From contig JBEAPO010000127.1 in NCBI GenBank assembly GCA_041164425.1, forward strand, positions 47,586 through 111,585: 64,000 nt of DNA. The letters run 5' to 3'. This document shows positions 17,317-25,378 of the stretch, in pieces. The notes beneath the pieces are model-generated. The model worked only from the letters and a program-made list of their open reading frames with translations. It searched no databases and had not been told where the DNA came from. Position numbers and translations under genes: made by a program. Position 1 is the stretch's first letter, and each line of letters opens with the position of its first letter. Source of the stretch: Actinomycetota bacterium. GTDB lineage: Bacteria; Actinomycetota; Acidimicrobiia; Acidimicrobiales; Ilumatobacteraceae.

Positions 17317-18108
17317 ATGATCAACGGTGGAATCGCGATCATCGGTGGCGGAAACATGGGTGGTGCCCTGGCGCATGGACTCATCGCCGGCGGCCTCCCG
17401 GCCGGCGATCTCACGATCATCGAAGTCGATGCGAGCAAGCGCGACGCACTTCGTCACCGGTTCCCGGGTTCGAACATCATCAACGAACTTGAGGTGTGCA
17501 CGAACGCGGTCGTCGCCGTGAAGCCTGCTGACGCTGCCGGCGCCACGCGGGCTGCGGTTGGCTGCGGTGCCACGACCGTGTTGTCGATCGCGGCTGGCGT
17601 CACTTTGGCCACACTCGCGTCTGCCGCCGGTCCCGGCGTCGCCGTCATCCGAGCGATGCCGAACACACCGGCACTGGTGGGCGAGGGTGCTGCGGGTTTC
17701 GCGCTCGGCGAGGGCTGCGGTGCCCAAGCCGAGGCATTCGCAGCGGCCGTTCTCGGCAGCGTCGGTCTTGCCGTGCGGGTCGAGGAGTCGCTACTCGACG
17801 CGGTGACGGGACTCACGGGTTCGGGCCCGGCGTACCTCTTCTATGTGGCGGAAGCATTGATCGCCGCCGGTGTCGCCGAGGGCCTTCCCGCTGACACCGC
17901 AGAGGCGCTCGTACGCCAGCTGTTCCTCGGTGCGGGGACACTCCTTGCGCGGAGTCCGGAGTCGCCTACCCGCCTGCGTGAAAACGTGACCTCGCCCAAC
18001 GGCACAACGGCTGCTGGTCTTGCCGCACTGGCAGCGTCGGGTGGGCGCGAGGCGGTCATTGCGGCAGTGCGCGCGGCCACCGCACGCAGTGTCGAACTCG
18101 GTGCGTGA
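17317..18108 (+). CDS. proC: Pyrroline-5-carboxylate reductase
   Basis: IAIIGGGNMGGALAHGL...IRAMPNTPALVGEGA...VTGLTGSGPAYLFY...VTSPNGTTAAGL. Confidence 0.9.
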   Translation: MINGGIAIIGGGNMGGALAHGLIAGGLPAGDLTIIEVDASKRDALRHRFPGSNIINELEVCTNAVVAVKPADAAGATRAAVGCGATTVLSIAAGVTLATLASAAGPGVAVIRAMPNTPALVGEGAAGFALGEGCGAQAEAFAAAVLGSVGLAVRVEESLLDAVTGLTGSGPAYLFYVAEALIAAGVAEGLPADTAEALVRQLFLGAGTLLARSPESPTRLRENVTSPNGTTAAGLAALAASGGREAVIAAVRAATARSVELGA

Positions 18109-18160
18109 GGCAGTCTTTGTGACTCCGTATTAAGCAGTAAAAACTGCTTGCTTCAGCGGA

Positions 18161-18178
18161 TTGTGCAACTTTGCACGA
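18161..18178. promoter_or_regulatory. Palindromic operator candidate TTGTGCA-ACTT-TGCACGA (Rex- or CRP-like)
   Basis: The 7-nt arms are 6/7 self-complementary. The site matches 11/14 specified positions of the Rex operator TTGTGAAnnnnTTCACAA, and it also fits TGTGn-n6-nCACn. It lies in the AT-rich stretch after proC. Confidence 0.3.
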
Positions 18179-18212
18179 GTACGAAACTTTTTTGTGAAAA
18201 AGCGCCGTGACA

Positions 18213-18351
18213 CTTTTCTCACCCCCCGAAGAGGCCGTATGGTTTGGTTCTGATCACCGGTCGGTTCGCCGATCGGGAGTCGCGCCCGAAAGGGCCGCGC
18301 CGAGGGGTCGGTGTCATCGGGGGGTTGACACCGACCCCTTCGTTCTTTTTT
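18213..18351 (+). ncRNA. Candidate structured small RNA or 5' leader (5' end undefined)
   Basis: A short hairpin presents a C6 loop (ACCCCCCGA, 18221-18229). An 8-bp stem CCGGUCGG/CCGAUCGG carries a UUCG tetraloop (18257-18276). A 7-bp stem with one bulge carries a GAAA tetraloop (18281-18299). The element ends in a 13-bp terminator hairpin plus U-tract. The GC-rich core is flanked by roughly 40% GC DNA. Confidence 0.35.
18304..18351 (+). terminator. Rho-independent terminator
   Basis: Perfect 13-bp stem GGGGTCGGTGTCA (18304-18316) / TGACACCGACCCC (18326-18338) with a 9-nt loop TCGGGGGGT. It is followed by TTCGTTCTTTTTT. A U-tract is present only in the + orientation. Confidence 0.7.
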
Positions 18352-18424
18352 GGCGAAGTTTTTTTCGCGAGAAATTTTCGTTCGTTCGCATGACACATCG
18401 ATACATGCACGACACACTTGATGT

Positions 18425-19315
18425 GTGAGCACCCGTTTGCCATTCGACCACGTTGCACTGCTCACCGACTACGGCCTCGATGATGAATTCGTCGGTGTCA
18501 TGAAATCGGTCATCGCCGACATTGCGCCACACGTACGTATCACCGACATTGGTCACAATGTTCGTGCGTACGACGTGCGCGCAGGTTCGCTCATGTTGGC
18601 ACGGGCGATTCAGTACGTTCCGCGTGGCATCGTGGTAGCGGTGGTCGACCCGGGTGTCTCAACGAAGCGTCGCATGATCGCACTAGAGGTTGCCGGTGGC
18701 GAGGGCATCCTCGTCGGGCCAGACAACGGGCTTCTCGTTCCGGCCGCAGCAATGGTGGGTGGTGTCGAGCGTGCGGTCGTTCTCTCGAACGCCGACCTCC
18801 ACATCCCCGCACCCGGTGCCACTTTCGCTGGCCGCGACGTCTTTGCGCCAGTTGCGGCGCACCTCTGCAATGGTGTGGCGTTCGACGAACTCGGCGAACT
18901 CGTCGACCCCGACATACTCATGCCGGGCCTCGTCGGACTTCCCCAAATCGGAGAAGCCGAGATTCTCGCCGAAGTCACCTGGGTCGATGTGTACGGCAAC
19001 TGTCAGTTGAACGTGGGGCCCGATGATGTCATCGCGTTGGCTGGTGCGTCGCAGCGGCTCACCGTCGTCGTCGACGGCACGGATCGCAGCGCGCCACTTG
19101 TGCGCGCATTCGACGACATCCCCGAGGGTGCACTCGGACTCGTCATCGACTCGTACGGAATGTTGGCGTTGTCGAAGCGTCAGGACTCTGCTGCCCGCGA
19201 CGTGGGTCTCGCAAGTGGTGACCAGGTGGTGCTGCGCGCGGCTCAATCGGGCGAAACGGGAGCAACGATGCGGGTTTCGCTCGGACGAATCGTCCCCGAT
19301 GCCCCGCGCCAGTAG
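18425..19315 (+). CDS. SAM hydroxide adenosyltransferase / SAM hydrolase family (DUF62)
   Basis: VALLTDYGLDDEFVGVMKSVIADIAPHVRITDIGHNVRAYDVRAGS...VAVVDPGVST resembles the DUF62 (SalL/FlA-related) N-terminal pattern. GTG start. Confidence 0.75.
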   Translation: MSTRLPFDHVALLTDYGLDDEFVGVMKSVIADIAPHVRITDIGHNVRAYDVRAGSLMLARAIQYVPRGIVVAVVDPGVSTKRRMIALEVAGGEGILVGPDNGLLVPAAAMVGGVERAVVLSNADLHIPAPGATFAGRDVFAPVAAHLCNGVAFDELGELVDPDILMPGLVGLPQIGEAEILAEVTWVDVYGNCQLNVGPDDVIALAGASQRLTVVVDGTDRSAPLVRAFDDIPEGALGLVIDSYGMLALSKRQDSAARDVGLASGDQVVLRAAQSGETGATMRVSLGRIVPDAPRQ

Positions 19316-19324
19316 GTTGGAATC

Positions 19325-19408
19325 GTGAGGCCGGCCACCACCCTGACGATCGCGCTCCTGATCGGTGTCATCTTGGTGGCAGGCATCGTTCAGTTGTTGA
19401 TGCTCTGA
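19325..19408 (+). CDS. Possible 27-aa hydrophobic micro-ORF
   Basis: GTG-started VRPATTLTIALLIGVILVAGIVQLLML. No ribosome binding site was verified. It may be non-coding. Confidence 0.2.
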   Translation: MRPATTLTIALLIGVILVAGIVQLLML

Positions 19409-19437
19409 CGAGCCGTGTGATGCTCCGACGAGTCGTG
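19398..19437 (+). repeat. Two tandem 20-nt direct repeats immediately upstream of fadD
   Basis: tgatgctctgacgagccgtg (19398-19417) and tgatgctccgacgagtcgtg (19418-19437) are 18/20 identical. They end 8 nt before the fadD ATG. Confidence 0.9.
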
Positions 19438-19445
19438 GGGGAAGA

Positions 19446-20948
19446 ATGCCGACAGTTGAGACCGTTCCCGACAATCTGGCGGGTGTGATCGTCGGCCATC
19501 CCGCCGACAAGGTGGCGATCATCAGTCGGGGGCGGGCGACGACCTACGGCGAACTGCTGGGTCAGGTGCGCCGCTTCCGCGGTTCATTGCAGGGGATCGG
19601 TGTCACTCGGGGTGACCGCGTCGCGATCATGGCGGCAAACGGACGGCACTTCGTCGTGGCGTATCTCGCCGTCGTCGGAATGGGTGCCGTCGCCGTTCCA
19701 TTGAATGCCACGGCCACGCCGACCGAACTCGAACGCGAGATCAATGAGGTCGGTGCAAAGGCCGTCGTCGTCGGGCCTTCCGCGGCACCGTCGTGGGCAC
19801 GAATCACCGCGACCGCGGTCCCGACCGTAGAACACGTCGTCACCGCTGACATGGTCGACGAGATGGTGCGAACCGGAACCGAAGCACCCGAGGCGCATGT
19901 CCACCCCGATGACCTGGCGGTGCTGATCTTCACCAGCGGGACCGCAGGGGCGCCACGTGCGGCGATGCTGTCCCACGGCAACCTGCTGTCAAACCTCCGC
20001 AGCACGGTCCAGGCGACGCCGATGTACGCCGATGACCTGTCATTCGGCGTTCTGCCGATGTTCCACATCTTCGGCCTGAACGTGATGTTCGGATGCGTCA
20101 TGGCGACGGGAGGCACGATCGTGCTCGTCGAACGGTTCGACCCCGCGAGTGCCCTCGAGACGATCGTCGAGAGGCGCGTCACCGTCATGGCGGGCGCGCC
20201 GGCGATGTGGTCCGCGTTGGCGCAGATGCCCGGAGTCGATCGCTCGGCGATGGCATCGGTGCGACTTGCCGTCACGGGCGCGGCGAAGATGCCCGAGGAC
20301 GTGGCCGCGTCACTCGAGTCGAAGTGCGGCATCGTGCTCGCCGAGGGCTACGGACTGACGGAAGCGTCACCGGTCGTGACCACGGCCCGTGTCGTCGACG
20401 GTGAGGTTCTGTCGCCACGTGGCTCGATCGGTGTCCCTGTCGGCGGCGTCACGATTCGGCTCGTCGATGAGTCGGGTGACGACGCGCTTCCGGGTGACGA
20501 GGGTGAGATCTGGGTGAAGGGTCCGAACGTGTTCCGCGGCTACTGGAACGACGTCGATGCGACCGACCGGGTTCTCACACCCGAAGGATGGCTGCGAACC
20601 GGCGACATCGCCGTTGCCGACGACGATGGAAATCTCTTCATCGTCGATCGCGCAAAAGACCTCGTCATTGTTTCGGGTTTCAACGTGTATCCGGCCGAGG
20701 TCGAAGCGGTTGTTGCCGAACATCCCGGTGTCAGGTCGTGCGCCGTTGTGGGTGTCGCACATCCGCACACGGGTGAAGCAGTGAAGGTTTTCGTCGTGGC
20801 TGCACCGGGCGTCCATCTCGACGAAGAGTCGATCATCGAACATTCGCGCAAGAAGCTGTCGCGTTACAAGTGCCCAACGAAGGTGCAGTTCGTCGACGAA
20901 TTGCCGCTCAATGTGACGGGGAAAGTGCTGCGGCGAGCGTTGCGCTGA
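19446..20948 (+). CDS. AMP-dependent acyl-CoA synthetase/ligase (FadD-like)
   Basis: AMP-binding motif LIFTSGTAGAPRAAMLSHGN, plus GYGLTEASP, WLRTGDIA and the C-terminal GKVLRRAL. Confidence 0.85.
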   Translation: MPTVETVPDNLAGVIVGHPADKVAIISRGRATTYGELLGQVRRFRGSLQGIGVTRGDRVAIMAANGRHFVVAYLAVVGMGAVAVPLNATATPTELEREINEVGAKAVVVGPSAAPSWARITATAVPTVEHVVTADMVDEMVRTGTEAPEAHVHPDDLAVLIFTSGTAGAPRAAMLSHGNLLSNLRSTVQATPMYADDLSFGVLPMFHIFGLNVMFGCVMATGGTIVLVERFDPASALETIVERRVTVMAGAPAMWSALAQMPGVDRSAMASVRLAVTGAAKMPEDVAASLESKCGIVLAEGYGLTEASPVVTTARVVDGEVLSPRGSIGVPVGGVTIRLVDESGDDALPGDEGEIWVKGPNVFRGYWNDVDATDRVLTPEGWLRTGDIAVADDDGNLFIVDRAKDLVIVSGFNVYPAEVEAVVAEHPGVRSCAVVGVAHPHTGEAVKVFVVAAPGVHLDEESIIEHSRKKLSRYKCPTKVQFVDELPLNVTGKVLRRALR

Positions 20949-21684
20949 TGCGGGGTCGGGTGCCGACCGCATTCGATGCAACCATGAAACCCGCGAACAA
21001 AACGACCACACCGACGGCAAGGGTGACCGCGAAGGCCTTGTCTTTGCCGAGACGGCCGGCGAGGGTGCCGCTGGCGGAGAGGATGACCGCGCCGATTGCG
21101 ATCAGAACGTTGCCCAGCGCGAGCATGCGCGGGCTCGTTGCTGCGCGACGGGCCGATGTCGTGGCGGCCGGGATGCGACCCCGCGCGACGCGCAGTGCCG
21201 ACCAGAGCGCGCCGACGATGATCACCATCGCCGGTACCCCCGACCCGACGGCGGCGAGGATGCGCGGAGTGACGCCGAACAGTTCTTTGGCCGTGGGGAA
21301 GGAGTCCGGGTCGACCGGCGCCCTCATCGGAGCCATGACGACGACGCCCGTGGCGTAGCCCGACAGAAGGAGCAGGATCGTCCTTGTCGCGTCGCCGATG
21401 CGCCGGCCGAACAACAGGTAGACGGTGCCGAGCGCCAACCATGCGACGTTGAGAACCGCACCTGCGAGGAAGAAGACCCGGAACGTGACGGGGCTCCACC
21501 CACGGCTTTCGGCCCACCACAGTGCGCCCGCCCCGAGGACGAAGAGCGCCATGGCGACCGACCACGCGAGGTCGTGGGGACTGCGACGGCGGAACCACCG
21601 GTCGATGGTGAGGAGACAAAAGGCACTCGCCACGAGACACGCGCTCGCCGCGAGCGCGGTGGCAACGGCGTCGCCCTGGGTCAT
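20908..21684 (-). CDS. Integral membrane protein, unknown function
   Basis: About 7 hydrophobic segments. ATG at 21684 (MTQGDAVATALAASACLV) lies inside track ORF 20908..21756. Converges on and overlaps the fadD end by 41 nt. Confidence 0.55.
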   Translation of the reverse strand: MTQGDAVATALAASACLVASAFCLLTIDRWFRRRSPHDLAWSVAMALFVLGAGALWWAESRGWSPVTFRVFFLAGAVLNVAWLALGTVYLLFGRRIGDATRTILLLLSGYATGVVVMAPMRAPVDPDSFPTAKELFGVTPRILAAVGSGVPAMVIIVGALWSALRVARGRIPAATTSARRAATSPRMLALGNVLIAIGAVILSASGTLAGRLGKDKAFAVTLAVGVVVLFAGFMVASNAVGTRPRISATLAAALSPSH

Positions 21685-21747
21685 GTGTCGCAGGTTATAG
21701 GTCGAAACCCGACGAGGACTTTCTGGTTGGGGGGCGAAAGGCATAAC

Positions 21748-22449
21748 GTGTCCCACGTGTCGGACTCCCCTCGCCGTCGCATTCCCGAAGCTGCGCTTTC
21801 GCGACTGCCTCTCTATCTGCGCATCCTCGGCGAACTGTCGAACGATTCGATCGTCCAGGTCTCGAGCGAACAGTTGGCAGAACTGGCCGGCATGAATGCC
21901 GCGAAGGTGCGCAAGGACCTCTCATACCTTGGCAGTTACGGCACGCGGGGTGTCGGGTACGACGTCAACTTCCTCACGTACCAGATCCAACGAGAACTCG
22001 GACTCAACCACGACTGGCCGATCGTCATCGTCGGTGCGGGAAACCTCGGCCAGGCTCTCGCCAACTACGGCGGGTTCACCGAGCGCGGCTTTTCCATCGC
22101 GGGCGTCTTCGACACAGATTCCACGAAGGTCGGTGGTGTAGTTGGCGGGGCGCGCGTGCGTCACCTCGACGATCTCTCGCAGGTCGTGCAATCAAAGAAC
22201 GTGAGCATTGGTGTCCTCGCCACCCCCGGTGAGGCAGCCCAAGAGGCCACGAACCGGCTCGTGCGCGCCGGGGTTGGCTCGATTCTCAATTTTGCGCCCG
22301 TGGTGATCTCGGTGCCTCGCGGGGTGTCAGTCCGGCGGGTCGATTTGGCCGGAGAATTGCAGATTCTCAGCTATTACGAGCAGCGTCGGGCCGCAAACGC
22401 GGTGGCCCGCGAGGCCGCCGGTGGCCCTCCGCGGGTCGTCAGCGCATAG
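21748..22449 (+). CDS. rex: Redox-sensing transcriptional repressor Rex
   Basis: RIPEAALSRLPLYLRILGEL...AAKVRKDLSYLGSYGTRGVGYDV...IVIVGAGNLGQALANY, i.e. a winged helix followed by a Rossmann fold. GTG at 21748 follows GAAAGG. The position upstream of hemA matches Streptomyces. Confidence 0.85.
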   Translation: MSHVSDSPRRRIPEAALSRLPLYLRILGELSNDSIVQVSSEQLAELAGMNAAKVRKDLSYLGSYGTRGVGYDVNFLTYQIQRELGLNHDWPIVIVGAGNLGQALANYGGFTERGFSIAGVFDTDSTKVGGVVGGARVRHLDDLSQVVQSKNVSIGVLATPGEAAQEATNRLVRAGVGSILNFAPVVISVPRGVSVRRVDLAGELQILSYYEQRRAANAVAREAAGGPPRVVSA

Positions 22450-22461
22450 CGTGGGGTTGCT

Positions 22462-23724
22462 ATGTCGGTAGTGGTCATCGGTGTGAACCACCGCACGAGC
22501 CCCCTGCGGGTACTCGAGCGTGTTGCGGTCGGTGCCGACGCCATGCCGAAAGCGCTGCATGCGCTGTCTTCGAAGGACAACATTCGCGAGGCCGTGGTGT
22601 TGTCAACCTGTAACCGCACCGAGGTGTACGCCGTTACCGAGAAGTTCCACGCCGCCTACGACGACATCGCCGAATTCTTCTGCGAACTTGGCGGCCTGCG
22701 CAGCGACGAACTGCACCAGCACCTTTACAGCCAGCACGACGATGCTGCCGTTCGCCACCTCTTCGAAGTTGCATGCGGCCTCGACTCGGCCGTGATCGGT
22801 GAGAACGAGATCCTCGGCCAGGTCCGCGATGCGTGGTCGCTCGCCCAGTCCGCGGGCGCCGCGCGCACGACGCTCAACCTCTTGTTCCGTCATGCGCTCG
22901 AAACCGGCAAGAGGGCGCGCAGCGAGACCGGTATTTCGCGTTCGACGACGTCCATCTCATTCGCCGCCGTCGAAATGGCCCGCGAACTTCTCGGCACACT
23001 CGCCTACAGGAAAGTTCTGATCGTCGGTGCAGGCACGATGGGCGAAGGTGTTGCCGTTGCGCTCGCGATGAATTCGACGACCGAAGTCACGGTCATCAAT
23101 CGAACCGAATCTCGTGGACGTGACCTCGCCGAACGTCTCGGTGCGTCGATGCGGCCCATGTCCGAGTTGCGCGAAGCGCTGCTCGACACTGACGTCGTCG
23201 TAACGTGCATTGGGTCGGGGTCGTTCGTGCTTGATTGCGATCTCGTCGAGCCGATCATGTCGGGGCGATCCGGTCGCACGTTGTTCATCGTCGACATCGC
23301 GGTGCCCCGTGACGTCGAAGAATCCGTAGGAGCGGTTGCCGGCGTCGAACTGCGCAACCTCGACGACCTGCGCGACTGGGTGAAGTCCGGGGTTGAGAAC
23401 CGTGAAGGCGAAGCGTCGAAGGTCTCCGACATCGTGACGGAGGAGGTCGAGCGCTACGGTCTCGACGCCACCGCCCGACAGGCAGCGCCACTCATCGCCG
23501 CGATGCATGCCACGGCCGAAGAATTGCGCATCGCCGAGGTCGAAAGATACGCGAAGCGACTCGCGGAACTGTCCCCGGAACAGGCCGAGGCAGTCGAGGC
23601 ACTGACGCGCGGCATCACGGCAAAACTGTTGCACGAGCCGTCGGTGCGTTTGAAAGAGAGTGCGGGCACCCCGCAAGGTGAACGCCTCGCCGATGCGCTG
23701 CGCGATCTCTTCGATCTGCACTGA
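22462..23724 (+). CDS. hemA: Glutamyl-tRNA reductase
   Basis: VVIGVNHRTSPLRVLERV...AVVLSTCNRTEVYA...ENEILGQV...VLIVGAGTMGE. Confidence 0.9.
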   Translation: MSVVVIGVNHRTSPLRVLERVAVGADAMPKALHALSSKDNIREAVVLSTCNRTEVYAVTEKFHAAYDDIAEFFCELGGLRSDELHQHLYSQHDDAAVRHLFEVACGLDSAVIGENEILGQVRDAWSLAQSAGAARTTLNLLFRHALETGKRARSETGISRSTTSISFAAVEMARELLGTLAYRKVLIVGAGTMGEGVAVALAMNSTTEVTVINRTESRGRDLAERLGASMRPMSELREALLDTDVVVTCIGSGSFVLDCDLVEPIMSGRSGRTLFIVDIAVPRDVEESVGAVAGVELRNLDDLRDWVKSGVENREGEASKVSDIVTEEVERYGLDATARQAAPLIAAMHATAEELRIAEVERYAKRLAELSPEQAEAVEALTRGITAKLLHEPSVRLKESAGTPQGERLADALRDLFDLH

Positions 23725-23729
23725 CGAAG

Positions 23730-24632
23730 ATGACCGCATCACAGGGCGACACCGGCACGATCCGCGTCGCAACACGACCGAGTCCACAGGCGCGCACGCA
23801 GGCGCAGGCCGTCGCCGATGCGATCACCACGGCCACCTCGCGACCCTGTGAACTCGTCTTCGTCGAGAGCACCGGTGACGTGCGGGCCGATGTGCCGTTG
23901 CATCAGTTGGCCGGACAGGGAATCTTCGTGAAAGAGGTGCAGCGCGCCGTGCTCGACGGTCGCGCGGACATCGCCGTGCACTCGGCGAAGGACCTCCCAA
24001 CAGAGGGTGATCCCGGCCTCGTCGTCGGGGCATGGTGCGCGCGCCGTGATCCGCGCGACGCCCTCGTTGGGGCGCACCTTGCCGATCTCGTCGATGGCGC
24101 AAAGGTGGCGACCGGCTCTGCGAGGCGCCGTTCGCAGTTGCGCGCGGTGCGTCCCGACCTCGAATTCGTCGAACTGCGTGGCAACATTGGGACCCGCCTC
24201 GAACGGATACCCGAGGGTGGGGCAATCGTGATGGCCGTCGCGGCTCTCGAGATCCTCGGTCTCACCGACCGCATCAGTGAGACGCTCGACCCAACGGTTT
24301 TCGTTCCCATGGTCGGGCAAGGGTGCGTCGCGGTCGAACATCGATTCGGGGATTCCGCAGTGCGCGCCGCATTGTCGGCGATAGACGATGCGGCGACTCG
24401 GCTTGCCGTCGAGACCGAGCGTGCGTTCCTCGCGGTTCTCGGCAGTGGATGTTCCCTGCCCGTCGGGGCCCACGTGGATGCAACCGGAACGATCACCACG
24501 TTCCTCGCCGAGGCTGACGCACCGAAGGCTCGTTCCGTGGTGATGCAGGCCGATGTCGCGGACCCCGACACGGCGCAACTCGTGGCCGCCGAGTTGGCGC
24601 GCGTCTCGCGACGTGAACTCGCCGGTCGATGA
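23730..24632 (+). CDS. hemC: Hydroxymethylbilane synthase (porphobilinogen deaminase)
   Basis: IRVATRPSPQARTQA...GQGIFVKEVQRAVLDGRADIAVHSAKDLP...RGNIGTRL...GSGCSLPVGAH. Confidence 0.9.
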   Translation: MTASQGDTGTIRVATRPSPQARTQAQAVADAITTATSRPCELVFVESTGDVRADVPLHQLAGQGIFVKEVQRAVLDGRADIAVHSAKDLPTEGDPGLVVGAWCARRDPRDALVGAHLADLVDGAKVATGSARRRSQLRAVRPDLEFVELRGNIGTRLERIPEGGAIVMAVAALEILGLTDRISETLDPTVFVPMVGQGCVAVEHRFGDSAVRAALSAIDDAATRLAVETERAFLAVLGSGCSLPVGAHVDATGTITTFLAEADAPKARSVVMQADVADPDTAQLVAAELARVSRRELAGR

Positions 24633-25369
24633 CGATGGAAACCGACACGCCAAGAGGCGAACTCGCCGGGAGACGCGTCGTTGTCACTCGCCCGCGACAT
24701 CAACAAGACGAACTGGCCGAAGCACTCGCTTCGCTCGGTGCTGACGTCGTGCGACTGCCGCTCATCGACATCATCGAGGAACATGACGGCATTGTCGGCT
24801 TGCGAGACGAACTGAATGATGTCGACCGCATCGATTGGCTGGTCGTCTCGTCGCCGAACGGTGCGCGCGTCGTCGCCGCCTTGCACGAGGCTGGGTCTTC
24901 GCTGCCACCTATTGCTGCGATCGGTGCGTCCACGGCCGAAGCGATCGGACACGACGTCGACCTCGTGTCGAGACGCGCAAATGCCGCTTCACTCGTCGAC
25001 GAATTTCCTGCGGGCCACGGGCTTGTCGTCGTCGTGCAGGGCGACCGAGCTGATGCCACGCTCGTCGAAGGTCTCGAGGCAAAGGGTTGGCTGGTCTCTC
25101 GTTGCAACGTCTACCGAACCGTTCACACATCACCTTCGGCCGACGACATCGAACGCGTTCGGTCCGCGGATGCGGTTGTCTTCGCATCCGGGAGTGCCGC
25201 CGAGAACTGGGCGCGTCTGGTAGGTGCCGAATTTGGCGGAGCAATCGTGGTCATCGGACCGGTCACGAAAGCGGTCGCCGAGGGTGTCGGTCTTCGTGTC
25301 GATGCGATGGCCGATGAACCTTCGGTTGCGGGCATCGCTGCGGTACTCGCTTCGACGCTCAGCCCGTAG
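24629..25369 (+). CDS. hemD: Uroporphyrinogen-III synthase
   Basis: 246 aa. RRVVVTRPRHQQDELAEALASLGADVVRLPLI. An ATGA overlap joins it to hemC, and its position between hemC and hemB supports the call. No fused methyltransferase domain. Confidence 0.75.
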   Translation: MTMETDTPRGELAGRRVVVTRPRHQQDELAEALASLGADVVRLPLIDIIEEHDGIVGLRDELNDVDRIDWLVVSSPNGARVVAALHEAGSSLPPIAAIGASTAEAIGHDVDLVSRRANAASLVDEFPAGHGLVVVVQGDRADATLVEGLEAKGWLVSRCNVYRTVHTSPSADDIERVRSADAVVFASGSAAENWARLVGAEFGGAIVVIGPVTKAVAEGVGLRVDAMADEPSVAGIAAVLASTLSP

Positions 25370-25378
25370 CATTGAGGC

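Noticed and set aside
18132-18149. AAGCAG-TAAAAA-CTGCTT hairpin 24 nt after the proC stop, considered as the proC terminator.
   Set aside because: The stem is only 6 bp and AU-rich, with no following U-tract. The strong terminator at 18304-18351 is a better candidate.
18194-18253. 19-codon basic ORF (VKKRRDTFLTPRRGRMVWF) after proC. It was considered as a bS22-like or BldC-like small gene, since such genes follow proC in mycobacteria.
   Set aside because: It bears no resemblance to the bS22 sequence as I recall it ([21 protein letters not shown]...). It has no SD and overlaps the structured RNA core. It is more likely non-coding.
18390-18428. 12-codon uORF (MTHRYMHDTLDV) overlapping the GTG start of the DUF62 gene.
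   Set aside because: It has no ribosome-binding site or conserved features that I can assess. It could easily arise by chance in an AT-rich spacer.
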